Of a stretch of 64,000 nt of DNA, positions 60,073 through 64,000 are shown piece after piece. This DNA comes from Octopus vulgaris (lineage: Eukaryota), in assembly GCA_951406725.2 (NCBI GenBank), contig OX597821.1:112344001-112408000 (forward strand), written 5' to 3'. The number at the start of each line of letters is the position of its first letter. Within the stretch, counting starts at the first letter, position 1. A model generated the notes under the pieces. It saw only the letters and a list, made by a program, of their open reading frames with translations, was not told the origin of the DNA and made no database searches. The position numbers and the translations under genes were made by a program.

Positions 60073-60136
60073 TCTTTCTCTCTCTTTCTCTCATTACCTC
60101 CTCTCTCGCTTTCTATCTTATTTTCTCTCTGTCCCT

Positions 60137-60167
<31 letters not shown>

Positions 60168-60390
60168 ATTTGTGCTTCCCCCCTCCCTTTCACATTCTCT
60201 TCCATTCCTACACTGCATATACAAAAAAAAAAATTTTAATGTTCGTAAATGCAAATATCCCGTCCCGTTTCGGCGTCACTAGGACTGCCTGTCGAGTTTA
60301 TATGTCTGATGTGCATTCTGCAGGAGACTGAAAATTTGTTAAACCTGCTCTGGGACGATGCTTTATGCTGCAGCAAGTTTAACAACTCTC

Positions 60391-60463
<73 letters not shown>

Positions 60464-60689
60464 TTTGTGTTTCCTCTTCTTTCTCCCTGTCGTGTCTCCA
60501 TCTCTGCGTATCAGTTTTCTTTCAATCGATTTATAAACGGAATTAAGAAAAACAACCGAAATCTATAGCGAAGGATGACGAATTGCATCCAGTCGCTTTC
60601 TACCTTTCTACATGAATGACACTTGCAAGCCATTAATCTTTGAAGATGTCTGCCATCTTACCTCGTTTCTTCGTTCCTCGTTCCTCGTC

Positions 60690-61039
<350 letters not shown>

Positions 61040-61040
<1 letters not shown>

Positions 61041-62899
61041 TTGTCTGCCATTATCGTCGTCGTTGCCATCGCCACCACCATCATCATCAGGACCACCACC
61101 ACCACCCACCATCACCACCACCACCACCACCACAACCTCCACCACCTCCACCACCACAGCCATCACCACATCTCCCACGACCCTCCTCGCCACCATCATC
61201 ACCATGAACATAATTACGATCACCACCACCACCACCACCACCACTATTACTACTGCTACTACTACTTTTTGTCTGCCATTATCGTCGTCGTTGCCATCGC
61301 CACCACCATCATCATCACGACGACGACGACCACCACCACCACCATCACCACCACCACCACAACCATCACCACCACCACCACGACCATCACCACCACCACC
61401 ACAACCATCACCACCACCACCACGACCATCACCACCACCACCACCACCACCATCACCACCACCACCACAACCATCACCACCACCACCACGACCATCACCA
61501 CCACCACCACCACCACCATCACCACCACCACCACAACCATCACCACCACCACCACGACCATCACCACCACCACCACCACCACCATCACCACAACCATCAC
61601 CAGCATCATCTTCACCAACACAACACCACCACATCTCCCACGACCCTCGCCGCCACCATCATCACCATGAACATAATTACGATCACCACCACCACCACCA
61701 CCACCACCACCACTACTATTACTACTACTACTACTACTACTACTACTTTTTGTCTGCCATTATCGTCGTCGTTGCCATCGCCACCACCATCATCATCACG
61801 ACGACCACCACCACTACCACCACCACCACCACCACCACCATCACCACCACCTCCACCACCTCCACCACCACAGCCATCACCAGCATCATCTTCACCAACA
61901 CAACACCACCACATCTCCCACGACCCTCGCCGCCACCATCATCACCATGAACATAATTACGATCACCACCACCATCACCACCACCACCACCACATCTTCA
62001 CCACCACATCACCACGACCCTCGCCGCCACCATCATCACCATGAACATAATTACGATCACCACCACCATCACCACCACCACCACCACAACCATCACCAGC
62101 ATCATCTTCACCACCACATCTCCCACGACCCTCGCCGCCACCATCATCACCATGAACATAATTACGATCACCACCACCATCACCACCACCACCACCACCA
62201 CCACAACCATCACCAGCATCATCTTCACCACCACATCTCCCACGACCCTCGCCGCCACCATCATCACCATGAACATAATTACGATCACCACCACCATCAC
62301 CACCACCACCACCACAACCATCACCAGCATCATCTTCACCACCACATCTCCCACGACCCTCGCCGCCACCATCATCACCATGAACATAATTACGATCACC
62401 ACCACCATCACCACCACCACCACCACAACCATCACCAGCATCATCTTCACCACCACATCTCCCACGACCCTCGCCGCCACCATCATCACCATGAACATAA
62501 TTACGATCACCACCACCATCACCACCACCACCACCACAACCATCACCAGCATCATCTTCACCACCACATCTCCCACGACCCTCGCCGCCACCATCATCAC
62601 CATGAACATAATTACGATCACCACCACCATCACCACCACCACCACCACAACCATCACCAGCATCATCTTCACCACCACATCTCCCACGACCCTCGCCGCC
62701 ACCATCATCACCATGAACATAATTACGATCACCACCACCACCACCATCACCACCACCACCACCACAACCATCACCAGCATCATCTTCACCACCACATCTC
62801 CCACGACCCTCGCTGCCACCATCATCACCATGAACATAATTACGATCACCATTACCACCACCATCACCACCACCACCACTATCATCATCATCATCATCA

Positions 62900-62931
<32 letters not shown>

Positions 62932-62935
62932 GTCG
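61040..62935. repeat. CAC/CAT-rich tandem array, ~111-120-bp unit
   Basis: Landmark CATGAACATAATTACGATC recurs 11 times, regularly spaced from 62040. Confidence 0.92.
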
Positions 62936-63789
62936 ATCTCGTCGTTTGTCTTTTGTTTCAATAGTACATTTCCCAAATAATATGCAGACATATTCCAGTT
63001 CAGCGTTATCACCCCTCCTCCTTCCCCCACATCATCTCTGTCCAAAGATCTCTCTCTGTCTCTCTGTCTCTCTGTCTCTCTCTCTCTGTCTCTCTCTCTC
63101 TCTTCCATTCGTTTATCTTTAAAACCATTTATAGTGTTTTTTGTTTGTTTTATTTGTATCAGTTGTTTGTAGTTTTTAGATTTGTTGATTAGCTTTAAGT
63201 CAATCTGAAAGCCAACCGTGACCATCCTGGCTTTACACACATACACACACACACATACATGTACATACGCGCACATACGCGCACATTCATAGAAGCGCAC
63301 GCATATACGTGCACACGCACATGCACGCACACACACACACAAACACATACATATATGCACACACACAAAAACACATGGGTGTACACACACACACATACAG
63401 GCACGCACACATACATGTACACACACATGCATGCACGCATACGCGCACATACACACATGTACACACATACACATACGTGCACACACATATACGCATACGC
63501 ACACATACACACATACACACACATGTATGCACGCACACATACATCTACACACACTCACACACATACATGCACGCACACACATACATGCACACACACATAC
63601 ATGTACACACATACAAACGCACACACATACACACACACACACATACATCACACACACATTCAAGAACACATACACAGATACACACTCATACAAGCACACA
63701 CACACTCACACACCCATACACACACATACATGCACATACATATAGCTTTCTTTTCTGTCCTACTTGTGTCAATCATTGGATGGCAGCCA

Positions 63790-64000
63790 TACTGAGACCC
63801 ATTTCCTCCACCAAAGGTTGAGGACAACAAATCAACATTAGTACTTACGTTTTGGAGTCTGGTACTTTTTCAATCGGTCTCTTTTACTGAACCGCCCAGT
63901 ATTATAGACATAAACAAAACAACACCGGTAATCAAGCAGTAGAGGGAACACAAACAGACAGACACATACACATATACAACGGGCTTCGTTACAGTTTCAA
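63790..64000 (-). mobile_element. SINE family A, 3' half, diverged, runs off the window
   Basis: ATCGGTCTCTTTTACTGAACCGC...ACGGGCTTC...CAGTTTC similarity. Confidence 0.7.

Overview
AT-rich eukaryotic DNA saturated with microsatellites. The SINE/LINE repertoire looks like an octopus (coleoid cephalopod) genome; this is an inference from family resemblance. The only host coding sequence I can support is the first coding exon of a glypican (GPC3/5/Dally-like) on the minus strand at 24450-24699. Positions 1-24449 are therefore probably intron and >25 kb is 5' UTR/upstream DNA. The rest is repeats: several tRNA-derived SINE families, CR1-group LINEs in (TA)n/(TATG)n tracts (one with an unbroken ~955-codon APE+RT frame), about ten R4/Dong-type fragments in (TAA)n tracts at 45-59 kb, a Tc2/pogo non-autonomous transposon, and tandem arrays. 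The most interesting signal is a set of minimal hammerhead-ribozyme motifs of the Penelope-like element (PLE) type. Several sit in head-to-head palindromes, including one pair of elements that joins a tRNA-like Pol III head to a hammerhead-bearing tail (39.37-40.06 kb). Nearly all ORFs in the supplied track are microsatellite artefacts. All calls were made by eye, and boundaries of degenerate repeats are approximate.
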